Source: Coleofasciculus chthonoplastes F2-STO-03
GTDB lineage: Bacteria; Cyanobacteriota; Cyanobacteriia; Cyanobacteriales; Coleofasciculaceae
Assembly (NCBI GenBank): GCA_040222015.1
Contig: JAVJWO010000193.1
Coordinates: 81,645-145,644 of the forward strand
DNA length: 64,000 nucleotides
Direction of reading: 5' to 3'
Shown: in pieces, positions 41,621-51,969 of the stretch
Position numbering within the stretch: the first letter of the stretch is position 1
Layout: each line of letters starts with the position of its first letter
Made by a program: the position numbers and the translations under genes
Notes under the pieces: generated by a model
What the model was told of the DNA's origin: nothing
The model's database searches: none
The model's input: the letters and a program-made list of their open reading frames with translations, nothing else

Positions 41621-42484
41621 TTACGGCTTTTTACTGAGCGCATTCTTGACATCAATTAAAATTGGTGGCAGCAATTTCTTGAAGACATTTTTTCCTGTTA
41701 CTTTAGATTGCTTTTTCTTTAATTGTTCGTTGATATCAGCCTGAAATTGCGTGGTATGAGAATCAGAAATCTCTTCCGCTGGGCGTCCATTACTGTAGTA
41801 ATAAAGGGCTAGCGACTTGCGCGTCCGGTCTTCTGGGCAAGTCAACGGATGAGGATGTCCATGATAAGAAAAGTCAGTGGTGCTAAAAATAACACAGCGA
41901 TTAAATAGGGGCAGAATCTGTTTTTCACAACGAGTCGCATCCCGGTTCCAAAGTTCTAGATGACCACCATACTCGTCTTGCCAGTCTTTATTCAGATATA
42001 GTAAGAGATTTAATCGCCGATCCAGGTTCAGTCGGGTATGACGATTAAAATCAACGTGAACCTTGAGATATCCCCCTGTTTCAATTTGATGAAGACCACC
42101 GCCGACAAAGTGAGGGTCAGGAATTATCCCTGAAATTCCGGTCAGCTTCTCTAAAAAACTAATAAACGTAGAAGAATTCAATTGATAGAGAAGAATACGG
42201 GTCATCTCCCCCATTTGTAATTCCGTTTTCGAGGCTAGTTTTTTAGACCCTGCTCCATCAAACTTTTGCCAATCAATTTTCTTCGGATCAGGAAATTCAC
42301 TCAAGATACTATCGAGTACAGATTCGGGTAAAAAGTCATCGATAACAATGTGAGGAAAGGGTTGAGCTTGCTGATAGGTATCCTGATACTTAGTTGCTAA
42401 CTCATCTAAATAGTCTGGATTGAAACAAAACTTTAAGGGGATATCCCGATGATTTTTCTGTGGATGGTTTTCGGTTTGTGTCAT
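41621..42484 (-). CDS. 2OG-Fe(II) oxygenase
   Basis: HVD...YHG...RKSLALYYY facial triad and 2OG-binding Arg. Confidence 0.88.
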   Translation of the reverse strand: MTQTENHPQKNHRDIPLKFCFNPDYLDELATKYQDTYQQAQPFPHIVIDDFLPESVLDSILSEFPDPKKIDWQKFDGAGSKKLASKTELQMGEMTRILLYQLNSSTFISFLEKLTGISGIIPDPHFVGGGLHQIETGGYLKVHVDFNRHTRLNLDRRLNLLLYLNKDWQDEYGGHLELWNRDATRCEKQILPLFNRCVIFSTTDFSYHGHPHPLTCPEDRTRKSLALYYYSNGRPAEEISDSHTTQFQADINEQLKKKQSKVTGKNVFKKLLPPILIDVKNALSKKP

Positions 42485-42529
42485 AATAAAGTCTCTTTTG
42501 TTTGTCAGCTAAAATAGGTGTTGATTGCT

Positions 42530-43426
42530 CTACTGAAGCCATTGGCTCAGGTCTTTATGAATCAGATCCTGAAGTTTGAGAATATCGGGTGTATAACTCT
42601 GGGTTAACTCCCAGCGTAATTTTGGGTCAAGTTGAGGCTTAAAGCTATTTTTAGCTGTAATCGCTTGCCACAGCTTTTTCCTAACGCCAGCCGGGATTAT
42701 CCGCTTTGCTAGCAGTTTAGCTGGGTTTTGCTGGTTCGTCAATTCATGAATAAGCGGATTTTTCGCAAAAAAGCGTTCATTGTGCTTAGTTTTGACATCC
42801 GGTTGGAAATCCGGATCGACTCCTAGATAACTATACATATCTCGAATTATATCGAGAGGGTTAGCCTTTAAGTCATCAAATAAGTAGGTACGGACTTGTG
42901 ACTCTCCAAATAAAGCCTGAAAACGTTTGATCTGTTCAGCGTAAAACCCTTGTTGTTTATAGTGCCAACTGGGTCCCCAATTAGACTGAATCCGTTCACC
43001 TTCCTGAATCAGGGCATCGGAAAAACTCAGGGGCTCGTGACCCAGCCATTTGGTATGAAGATAATGGGAAAAAGCTCGCTCCGCTGGTTGCCTGAGAATT
43101 ACGATCAGTTTGACTTTGGGGAAACGTTTGTAGATTCTCAGAGGAACCTCTTTATTATAAAGATAACTCGGTGTAGCTTCTCCCACAGCTATCTCATCTT
43201 TCGCGGACTCGAACAAAGCTCTATAGTCCCCAAATGTTTTGATAGACTTTTCGTATATTATCTGATCGTGGGGGTGAGAAAAACGCCTGGTTTCTCCATC
43301 CCACTGAAAAAACTTGGTTTCTTTGATGGGACTCATGTAAACTTGTGGATGCTGTTTTAAATAGTTATATACTGAAGTCGTACCCGCCTTGACTGCACCA
43401 ATTACCATAAAGTTAATTAATTCCAT
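42530..43426 (-). CDS. PAPS-dependent sulfotransferase
   Basis: VIGAVKAGTTS, GEATPSY, LRQPAERAFS. Confidence 0.92.
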   Translation of the reverse strand: MELINFMVIGAVKAGTTSVYNYLKQHPQVYMSPIKETKFFQWDGETRRFSHPHDQIIYEKSIKTFGDYRALFESAKDEIAVGEATPSYLYNKEVPLRIYKRFPKVKLIVILRQPAERAFSHYLHTKWLGHEPLSFSDALIQEGERIQSNWGPSWHYKQQGFYAEQIKRFQALFGESQVRTYLFDDLKANPLDIIRDMYSYLGVDPDFQPDVKTKHNERFFAKNPLIHELTNQQNPAKLLAKRIIPAGVRKKLWQAITAKNSFKPQLDPKLRWELTQSYTPDILKLQDLIHKDLSQWLQ

Positions 43427-43493
43427 GGTTTATAATCACAATTTATCAATATTTCTATTACCTAATGAGTTATACCATTTAGCTGTAAACTTT

Positions 43494-44372
43494 TTACCTT
43501 GACCAATGGGATAAGTCACGGTTGAGGAACTCAGCTAATCTCTGATTTTGATCCTTAAACCGTTCTAAAAGCATTTGACGAGTTTCTGGAAGCATCGGCG
43601 GTGGCAGATAAGACTGTTTTTTGCCCCACTCGCCATAATAGGGTAATCCCTTTAAAACCTGATAAGCCGCATCGCGCATCCCTTGGGGGAATAATGCTGC
43701 AGTACGCTTAACCCCAGGAATTACCTTGAGAGGAGCTGTCAGTTTTGACCGAACAAATCCTTCAGCCGCTTCACGCGCTTGGTTTGCCACAACTGGAGTG
43801 TCCTGAATTAAATCTATGGTGTTGTCAACACCAATAAAGCAACAAACCTTATCGAGAATATCTCTTGGATTCTGAATTAAATCCTCCATTAATAGTAAAA
43901 GTAACGAGTCTCTGGTAAAATAATTAAGATACAGTTCAATATGCTGCATATAGTCGCCACTTTCTACCAAATAGGGACGTTCTTTAATTGCGGATTCAAA
44001 GGTTGTACGAGGTTTTTGCTCACGGCATTTTATTTCATGGACATGGTGTGAATAAGCTCGATCCACTGGATGCCGCATGATATAAATTAACTTTACATCT
44101 GGGAGCGCCTGAGCAATTCGTTCAGCAGCGTCAGGAAATTTTGGCAACCTGGTGTAGGTTGTTGAAGCCTCGCCGCACAGTTGGTGGGATTCAGCTTGAT
44201 CAAAGAGTGAACTGTACCACGTCATCCCGCGCTCATAGATAGCATCAATCGCAAAGAAATCGGGTTCTTTGGGGGTACTCATATAAACTTGTGGATGCCG
44301 ACATAAGTATTTATAGAGTGTCGTCGTTCCCGACTTTGCCGCTCCAATAATCAGAAAGCTGGGTTTGGTCAT
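43494..44372 (-). CDS. PAPS-dependent sulfotransferase
   Basis: IIGAAKSGTTTL, GEASTTY, MRHPVDRAYS; start at MTKPSF. Confidence 0.92.
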   Translation of the reverse strand: MTKPSFLIIGAAKSGTTTLYKYLCRHPQVYMSTPKEPDFFAIDAIYERGMTWYSSLFDQAESHQLCGEASTTYTRLPKFPDAAERIAQALPDVKLIYIMRHPVDRAYSHHVHEIKCREQKPRTTFESAIKERPYLVESGDYMQHIELYLNYFTRDSLLLLLMEDLIQNPRDILDKVCCFIGVDNTIDLIQDTPVVANQAREAAEGFVRSKLTAPLKVIPGVKRTAALFPQGMRDAAYQVLKGLPYYGEWGKKQSYLPPPMLPETRQMLLERFKDQNQRLAEFLNRDLSHWSR

Positions 44373-44418
44373 GGCATAGATTTTTGGGATATTTCCTTTA
44401 TTATCGATTAATCGTCCT

Positions 44419-45534
44419 TCAACTGTCCACCTGGGAAAAGTCACCCCGTTTATGTCGTTCTATCGCTTTGTATAGTGCCGCCTCGAACAATTCAGTTGCT
44501 TCATCCCAAGTATAGTTGCTCGCCTTGGCATAAGCCGCATCGGACATGGCTTGCCATTCTGCATCAGAGAGACTACAGACTTTCACAATTGCCCCCGCCA
44601 TATCTTCGGGATCTTCTGGTTGAACCAGTATCCCAGCACAATCACTGAGTAGTTCTGGCGCTGCACCCGCCGGAGTCCCGATAACGGGTGTGCGACAAGC
44701 CATGGCTTCTAGAATTGGCAGACCAAACCCTTCTGAACGACTGCCGAACAGCCAAGCATCGCACCGACCATACATATCTTTTAGAGTATGTTGTAACGGT
44801 TGATGGACATACTCGCTACCGAGGGGTAAGGGTAACTCGGACGATGGTACGGAATGACCAAAGGCAACCAGGCGCAGATTGGGGATTTTTTGGGCAGCTA
44901 AGGAGAATGCCTTCAGACTGATATCGCATCCTTTCCAATAAACCGGAGAGTACACCATACCAACCGTTGGAATCGGCTGTTTACCACGAGGGGGTGTAGA
45001 AAACTGTTGTGTATCGACACTATTGGGGACGAAGGAGATATTCCCATCGCCATACTGAGTTTTCATTAGTTCAACCAACCACTTCGAGATGGCGATTTTA
45101 TGCATAGGGAGTGAATAGGTGGCGTCCACTCTCCCCTTAGGCAAGTAATCAAATACCTCGTGATGTTGAATAAAGTAGACTTTTACGCCTTTGGCTGTAG
45201 ATAGAGTCGCTATCCACTCAGCCGTTTCCCACCAAGTTGCTACGATTACATCAGCATCAGGCACATCTGACTCTGTAACTGGACCTAGGTGATCAAGTAC
45301 CACATGAGGGACATCCAACTGATCGAAATATGATAACTGACGCTTTGGCACAGATATCCAGTCCTCACCTTTGAGAAGAGATTTCACCCGCCTCAATAAA
45401 CTGGGTTGAGCTTTAGCGGTAGAGACAACCAACACCTCATGACCCCGCCTTTTCAACTGATCAGCGTAGATGGCAATGACGCGCATTCCACCTGCCAGAC
45501 TAAAATAATCCGCAGTAACGAATGTAATTTTCAT
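44419..45534 (-). CDS. GT4 glycosyltransferase
   Basis: GGMRVI, WKG, EGFGLPILEAM. Confidence 0.9.
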   Translation of the reverse strand: MKITFVTADYFSLAGGMRVIAIYADQLKRRGHEVLVVSTAKAQPSLLRRVKSLLKGEDWISVPKRQLSYFDQLDVPHVVLDHLGPVTESDVPDADVIVATWWETAEWIATLSTAKGVKVYFIQHHEVFDYLPKGRVDATYSLPMHKIAISKWLVELMKTQYGDGNISFVPNSVDTQQFSTPPRGKQPIPTVGMVYSPVYWKGCDISLKAFSLAAQKIPNLRLVAFGHSVPSSELPLPLGSEYVHQPLQHTLKDMYGRCDAWLFGSRSEGFGLPILEAMACRTPVIGTPAGAAPELLSDCAGILVQPEDPEDMAGAIVKVCSLSDAEWQAMSDAAYAKASNYTWDEATELFEAALYKAIERHKRGDFSQVDS

Positions 45535-45583
45535 ACATATACAAACCCACGTTTTTAAATGTTTTTACAGAAAATTACTACAG

Positions 45584-46516
45584 CTAAGACTCCAGCCAAG
45601 GGGACAAATCTCGATGAATTAAGTCTTGCAGTTTGATTATATCATCCCGATAGTCTTCAATCAGTTGTTTTCGTAGCTCTGGCGAAAGTTTCGGCTTGAT
45701 CATATTTTTGGCTTGGAGATTAGTTTTAAGGCGATCACGCATACGTTTAGGAACGAAAGGCTTCAAAATCGTTTTCATGGGATTGGCTTGGGTGATCAAC
45801 TTATGGAATCTCTTATTTTTGGGAATTTTGGATACATTAGATTTATTCTGAAGATTAGGGATAAATGAATCATCCACATTCAAAAAACGAAATATATCTT
45901 GTACTAAATTTAGGGGGGTTTCTTGCAAGTCTTCGTATAGATAAACTCGGATTTTATCTCCAGGAAACGCTGAAAAGAAACGTTGAAGCTGAATATAATA
46001 AAATCCCCTATGTTTATAGTGAAAAAGAGGACTCCAATTATTTTGTATCCGCCATTCCTCTTCTTCAAGCACCTGCAAGAAAGTAGAATTATAGGGTTCA
46101 AGTTCGCGCTGAACCCAATTGATAAAGTGCGAATAGGCTCTATCTACAGGGTGGCGAAGTATGGCAATTAATTTGGCTTCAGGTATATAATATTTGATAC
46201 GTTCAACAGCTTTCGGGATATAGATGTATAATGGACTTGCCTCTCCTATCGCTTTTTCTTGAGAAACCTCTGTAAAGAGCTGACGATAGATTTCAATGTC
46301 CCTGATTCCCTCAATCCGAGTTAGACCACCTGATCCACGCCATTCAAACGTCTGGTTTTCCTGGTATCCAGGATACAGCTTTTCCCCTTCCAGGGCAAAA
46401 AACTTGGGTTCTTTGACAGGACTCATGTAAATTTGTGGATGTTGTTTTAAATAATTATAGAGCGAAGTCGTTCCAGATTTCATTGCACCTATAATCAAAA
46501 AGTTAGGCATCGTCAT
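45584..46516 (-). CDS. PAPS-dependent sulfotransferase
   Basis: IIGAMKSGTTSL, GEASPLY, LRHPVDRAYS. Confidence 0.92.
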   Translation of the reverse strand: MTMPNFLIIGAMKSGTTSLYNYLKQHPQIYMSPVKEPKFFALEGEKLYPGYQENQTFEWRGSGGLTRIEGIRDIEIYRQLFTEVSQEKAIGEASPLYIYIPKAVERIKYYIPEAKLIAILRHPVDRAYSHFINWVQRELEPYNSTFLQVLEEEEWRIQNNWSPLFHYKHRGFYYIQLQRFFSAFPGDKIRVYLYEDLQETPLNLVQDIFRFLNVDDSFIPNLQNKSNVSKIPKNKRFHKLITQANPMKTILKPFVPKRMRDRLKTNLQAKNMIKPKLSPELRKQLIEDYRDDIIKLQDLIHRDLSPWLES

Positions 46517-46635
46517 AAGGTAGACCTCAATAGGTGATGTTGGTTGAAATTTTTGAAATTATAAATAAAATCCCCTTTTAGTTAACCGAATTAAAACCTC
46601 AACTAATCATTACGATATCTATAAGGTTTTTTGTA

Positions 46636-47607
46636 TTACTTAGACCAATGAGATAAGTCTCGATTCAGAAACTCAGCTAGTCTTTGATTCGGTTGGCAAA
46701 ATTTTTCCAATAACATCTGGCGCGTTTCTGGACGCATTGGTTGGGGTAAGTATTGTTTTTCGACCTGAGCATTATAATATGGCAATCTCTTGAGTAACTG
46801 ATAAACTTGATCGCGTGTTCCTTGCGGTAACAACTTAGCAGTACGATAAATTCCTGGAATTTTCTTCAGGGGAGCCGTAATTCGTGACCGTAGGAACCAA
46901 TTAGTATGGGTACGGGTTTGGTTGGCGGTAATGGGGTTATTCCTGATCACATCAAATTCATCATCAATTTCCAGAAATTTAAAGACTCTTTTCATTGAAT
47001 CTGCTGGACTTTGAATTAAATCCTCCATGAGTAAAAATAGAAACGCTTCTCTAGGAAAGAATTGAAGATACTGTTCAATCTGCTGTATATAATGACTGCC
47101 ATCTAAATAAAGTCCAGGGCATTTAGGCAGGTGAGAATCAACAATCTTGGGATCAGGAACAGGGGGAGGCACAACTTGCATGACATCTGGCATGACATCT
47201 GGATTAATACTTTCTTCAAATGTTTTGATGATTTTTAATTGCCGCCGAGTATTTTGAGCATTTTTGATCAGTTGTACATAGTATGAATAGGCTCGATCTA
47301 CGGGATGCCGCATCACATAGATCAACTTGACATGGGGTAACCATCGAGCAATCCTTGCCGCCGTTTCAGGGAAGTGGGGCCACAGAGTATAAATTGTTGA
47401 TGCTTCGCCGCAGATTTGGTGGGGTTCAGCTTGGCTAAATAGGGAAGCATACCACTCAATTCCTTTAGCATAGCGATCATCTCTTGCGAAGAATTCAGGT
47501 TCTTTAGGAGTACTCATGTAAACCTGTGGATGCCGACATAAGTATTGGTACAGAGTTGTCGTTCCCGATTTAGCAGCACCAATAATGAGGAAAGAGGGTA
47601 GTCTCAT
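46636..47607 (-). CDS. PAPS-dependent sulfotransferase
   Basis: IIGAAKSGTTTL, MRHPVDRAYS. Confidence 0.92.
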   Translation of the reverse strand: MRLPSFLIIGAAKSGTTTLYQYLCRHPQVYMSTPKEPEFFARDDRYAKGIEWYASLFSQAEPHQICGEASTIYTLWPHFPETAARIARWLPHVKLIYVMRHPVDRAYSYYVQLIKNAQNTRRQLKIIKTFEESINPDVMPDVMQVVPPPVPDPKIVDSHLPKCPGLYLDGSHYIQQIEQYLQFFPREAFLFLLMEDLIQSPADSMKRVFKFLEIDDEFDVIRNNPITANQTRTHTNWFLRSRITAPLKKIPGIYRTAKLLPQGTRDQVYQLLKRLPYYNAQVEKQYLPQPMRPETRQMLLEKFCQPNQRLAEFLNRDLSHWSK

Positions 47608-47874
47608 TAAGCAAATCCCTTTATAGGCTTAGAGATTAACAACCTTTGAGCGATCTGTCTGACTTGGAAAAATTGCCATTTGATTTATCAGTTGGAACGT
47701 GTGATTCAGAATCTAATTTCATTAATGTTTCTTTAGCTCCCAAGTATCAATAAGTTTGACTAAATATTTATTCAAAAGCATAATTTGGATCAACCTATTT
47801 TTCCTTACATTTATAAAATATTCTCTCTACTCCAGTTACAACCTTGCCATCAAATCGCACGAGACTCAGCCTTT

Positions 47875-49680
47875 TCAGGTTCCCAAAACCACTTCCTGAT
47901 AACTCCCCGACTTAACCACTCTTCCCTTCTCCAACATATAGATGCGATCGCAGTTCTCAACGGTAGACAGTCGATGAGCAATAACAATTAGGGTTTTCGT
48001 CCCCGCCAGAGCATTAATCGCTGCTGTCACCCGACTCTCTGTCTCATTATCCAATGCTGCTGTTGCTTCGTCCAGTACCAAAATCTCCCGTTCATGATAA
48101 ATCGCCCTAGCAATACCAATCCGTTGGCGTTGTCCCCCGGATAAACGTACCCCGCGTTCACCAACCCCCGTCTTTATCCCATCGGGCAATTGCTCAACCA
48201 ATTCCTCAAGCTGCGCGGCTTGAATTGCCTTATGCAATCGTCCCTGATCAATCTGATTATCAGGAACACCAAAAGCAATATTCCGTTCGATTGTATCATC
48301 AGTCAGAAAAATAGACTGGGGAATATACCCAACCAGATTTTGCCAAGAGCGCAGATTCTCATAGATTGATACACCATCTACTTTAATATCTCCACTTTCT
48401 AGCTCCAAAAGTCCTAATATCACATCCACTAACGTCGTCTTTCCCGCTCCCGACTTACCAATTAAGGCAATCGATTCCCCTTTCTTAATTGTAAAAGAAA
48501 TCTGGTCAAGGGATAGTTCTGAAGCCTCCGGGTAACGATAGGTTACATCAATCAGCTCAATTTGATTCGCGAAACTCAACAGGTTCCTATCTTTATTTCC
48601 CCGCTTAACTAACCCCTTTCCTGTTGAACCGTTTAAACGCTCTAAACCATTGTGGACTTCTCGTTTCTCTATCTCCTTGAGATCCAAGTAGAGCATATCC
48701 AGCGCATGGCTAGAGGTTCGCATTTTCCCCATTGCACTAATAAACTGACTTGATGCTGGAATTAAGCGCACTGCAGCCACAGCAAAGACCCCCATTACAG
48801 CCGTCAAATCTTGCCCACTCTCAGTGAAGAAAATATTGAACAGAGAAACAAAGAGGATAACAAATACAATTAAACAGGTTTTAATAAAAATGTTTGGTAA
48901 TAAATTAGACGCTTGAGATAAAGTAGCCGCCCGAGCATATTTGCGAACTTGCTCATCCATTTTATTCTCAAAATAGGATTCACAGCCAATTACCCGGGTT
49001 TCTTTCAAGCCGCCCAAACCGTGATTGACAGTGCGAATCATTTCTCGCTGTGTTTCCGATTGGGTTTTTCCCCACCGTTTAAATCTATTTCCTAGTTTAT
49101 TGAATACTAAAAAAGTCGGTACTAAAATCACCAGAATCATCACTAGGAGTAGGGGGCTGCTCAAAGCCATTAACCCCATTAAAACCCCGACCACAATACC
49201 GTTCGTTGTAAACAGGAGTAAGGCTAACAAACATCCCTGAGTAAACTGAATCGTTTCACTAATAATATTCTTGATGATGTTCGCTGTATTTTGTTTTAAG
49301 TAAAATGTATAGGGGGCGGTCAAATAAGCTTTGAGTAATCGGGCGATTAGTCGGCTCTTTTGCTGGTGGGTGTATCGGTAGATATACGTTTGAGCGAGGA
49401 AATATAACAGCGCTTGAATACAAAAAATTATGATAATGACAAATCCGACGATGGGAATAAATTGCTGAGGTGTCTCAACTCCTGACTTTTGATAAGCCCA
49501 GTCAAGTACGGTAATACTTTGAATCGATTCTGGGTTGGACGCTAGGCTGATGAATGGTCCGACTAAGCCAATACCAAAGGCTTCAAGAATTGAGGTGAAG
49601 ATAAATACCAACAAGAGGAAGATTAGACTTTTCCGGCTTCCCGTGAGAACGTATAAAACTTTGGAAAGATAGTCAATCAT
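47875..49680 (-). CDS. ABC exporter, fused TMD-NBD (PglK/HepA-like)
   Basis: GKSGAGKT, LSGGQRQR, LVLDEAT, IAHRLST. Confidence 0.9.
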   Translation of the reverse strand: MIDYLSKVLYVLTGSRKSLIFLLLVFIFTSILEAFGIGLVGPFISLASNPESIQSITVLDWAYQKSGVETPQQFIPIVGFVIIIIFCIQALLYFLAQTYIYRYTHQQKSRLIARLLKAYLTAPYTFYLKQNTANIIKNIISETIQFTQGCLLALLLFTTNGIVVGVLMGLMALSSPLLLVMILVILVPTFLVFNKLGNRFKRWGKTQSETQREMIRTVNHGLGGLKETRVIGCESYFENKMDEQVRKYARAATLSQASNLLPNIFIKTCLIVFVILFVSLFNIFFTESGQDLTAVMGVFAVAAVRLIPASSQFISAMGKMRTSSHALDMLYLDLKEIEKREVHNGLERLNGSTGKGLVKRGNKDRNLLSFANQIELIDVTYRYPEASELSLDQISFTIKKGESIALIGKSGAGKTTLVDVILGLLELESGDIKVDGVSIYENLRSWQNLVGYIPQSIFLTDDTIERNIAFGVPDNQIDQGRLHKAIQAAQLEELVEQLPDGIKTGVGERGVRLSGGQRQRIGIARAIYHEREILVLDEATAALDNETESRVTAAINALAGTKTLIVIAHRLSTVENCDRIYMLEKGRVVKSGSYQEVVLGT

Positions 49681-49751
49681 CTGGATAAATAGTTTTTAAA
49701 TTAGAGCCTATTTACATGAATTGCCGGGGATGGGTAAGGGCGCAGGTCGGT

Positions 49752-50184
49752 CATCCGTGTTAAGCGCCAAAAGCTCGACTGGCAATCTTTTCGCCCTCAT
49801 CCCCTAACCCCAACTCCGGCCCCCAACCCCCCTCATTCCCCCCTACCCCCCTCGTTCCCCCCTACAAGAGGGGGGAGGACAGAGGATGCTTCACTTTTGT
49901 TGCAGGGGGGAGGACAGAGGATGCGAGAGCTTTTGTTGCATGGGGGAGGACAGAGGATGCGAGAGCTTTTGTTGCATGGGAGAATGGGAACCATCCAATA
50001 AAGACGCTTCCAAAACACACTTACACTGGGAAGATAACTTCCATACCGCTTCCTTCTTGCTCCCCTCTCCCCTGGCTTGCTCCCCTCTCCCCTGGCTTGC
50101 TCCCCTCTCCCCTGGCTTGCTCCCCTCTCCCCTGGTGGGAGAGGGGCTGGGGGTGAGGGGGTTGAGCTTAAGTTGGCACCGATG
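49752..50184 (-). mobile_element. MITE family B, long copy with 35-bp and 20-bp tandem repeats
   Basis: CATCCGTGTTAAG...CTTAAGTTGGCACCGATG inside GTAAGGGCGCA...TGCGCCCCT. Confidence 0.75.
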
Positions 50185-50612
50185 ACCTCTATGCGCCCCT
50201 AAGGACGACCTTTTTTGATAAACGGGATTTTCTTTGATCGGCAATACACATACAATGCTGAAAGTGGGTTTGGTTATGATCGCACTGTTGGTTTTATAAT
50301 AAAAGGCTGTAGCTAAATTCACTTACAATGGGGTTGGGTAGGTAGTTGATCCTGCACTCTCCTAATTTTAGAGGATAAATAGCTCAACTGTTAACTCTTA
50401 ACTCTTAAGAAACACTTTTTTTCACCGAGGGTTGATGAGAGGGCGACCCGAATCCATTAAGTAGCTGGAGTTGTTAATTGGTGCAAGCGGGTCGCCCCTA
50501 CAGGTTCACCACAGGTGTTTTTTCTTACCTTATGGATACCATCATCTTTGTCGGGAATCCTTAAGAAACATGCTTGGAACCTCAGTCAGGACGGGTTAGG
50601 CGACTAATGGGA

Positions 50613-51686
50613 TCAAACCAGTTCTATTTGCGAGTCATCCCCAATCATAAATCGCAACGCTTTGGGACGTCGTGGCGCTACACTCAACTGCGCCCGTTGT
50701 CCAATCACACTGTCCACAATCCGCTGCTGCACACCAATCACCTTCGCCCCCTGTAAGATAACACTATGCTCTAAATCGGTATCAACCAGCGTAACCTTAT
50801 CAGCTACACTACTATAAGGACCGATAAAACAATTTTCCAGATGACAATCACTGCCAATCGTCACCGGTCCACGAATTGTACAGTTGACCACCTTTGAACC
50901 CTGACCAATCTTGACTCTACCAATCACCTGGCTATTTTGATCAACCTCACCCTGGACAGCAGTTTCTAATAGGGTATCTAAAATAACCCGATTGGCTTCC
51001 AATAGGTCATCCTTTTTCCCCGTATCCAGCCACCAACCCTGTAACTGGAACGACTCCACCTTTTTGGGTTGGTCAATCAGATATTGAATCGCATCGGTAA
51101 TCTCCAACTCCCCTCTAGCCGAGGGTTGGATATTCGCGATCGCGTGGTGAACTGTGCTAGAAAATAGATAAATCCCCACCAATGCCAGATTCGAGGGTGG
51201 AACCTTGGGCTTTTCCACCAACTGCAAGACTCGCCCCTCTTCATCTACCTTAGCCACGCCAAAGGCGGTGGGATTAGGGACGGTACACAGAAGGGTTAAG
51301 GCATCTAGCTGCCGTTCGTGAAAGCGTTCGACAAATAAGCTCAAGTCACTTTGTACCAGGTTATCACCCAGATACATTAAAAAGGGTGAATCCTCTAGAA
51401 ACGGTTGAGCAATCTTGACCGCATGTGCCAACCCCGCAGGCTGATCTTGCCGGATATAAGTAATCTTAGCCCCAAAGCGATCGCCATCTCCAGTTTTGCT
51501 CTTAACTTCCTCTCCGGTTTCTGGACTAATAATAATCCCGATATCGGTAATCCCAGCGGCGACGATCGCTTCAATCCCATACCATAAAATTGGCTTATTG
51601 GCAACGGGTACAAGTTGTTTTGCCCCGGTATAGGTTAGGGGTCGTAGGCGCGTTCCTTTACCGCCGGAAAGAATAAGTGCTTTCAT
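50613..51686 (-). CDS. rfbA: glucose-1-phosphate thymidylyltransferase (long form)
   Basis: LSGGKGTRLRPLT..AKQLVPVANKP, RGELEITDA, WLDTG. Confidence 0.93.
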   Translation of the reverse strand: MKALILSGGKGTRLRPLTYTGAKQLVPVANKPILWYGIEAIVAAGITDIGIIISPETGEEVKSKTGDGDRFGAKITYIRQDQPAGLAHAVKIAQPFLEDSPFLMYLGDNLVQSDLSLFVERFHERQLDALTLLCTVPNPTAFGVAKVDEEGRVLQLVEKPKVPPSNLALVGIYLFSSTVHHAIANIQPSARGELEITDAIQYLIDQPKKVESFQLQGWWLDTGKKDDLLEANRVILDTLLETAVQGEVDQNSQVIGRVKIGQGSKVVNCTIRGPVTIGSDCHLENCFIGPYSSVADKVTLVDTDLEHSVILQGAKVIGVQQRIVDSVIGQRAQLSVAPRRPKALRFMIGDDSQIELV

Positions 51687-51743
51687 AAGATTTGCTTAGA
51701 TGGGCTGGAGTATAGATGGGATATAAATTAATTCTCCGACACC

Positions 51744-51842
51744 GGGAGCATCCCGTTTTGGACAAAGCATTACCTAAAGTAACGCAATTGCAAGGGTTTC
51801 AGCCCCATTCAAAGAGCCAACGTGCCAAATTGGGATGCTCCC
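51744..51842 (-). mobile_element. MITE family C, copy 2
   Basis: Reverse complement of 33956-34054; flanks CCGACACC / CCGACATC. Confidence 0.85.
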
Positions 51843-51969
51843 CCGACATCCGCCAAGAACTCAAGTTCTTGGCTTATAGCTCAAGTCGTCTAAAGACGAC
51901 TATACTTCTTATCCAGTCAGCTTTAGCTGACTTTCGCTTTCGGTTCCTTGGGTTTAAACCCAAGGCGGT

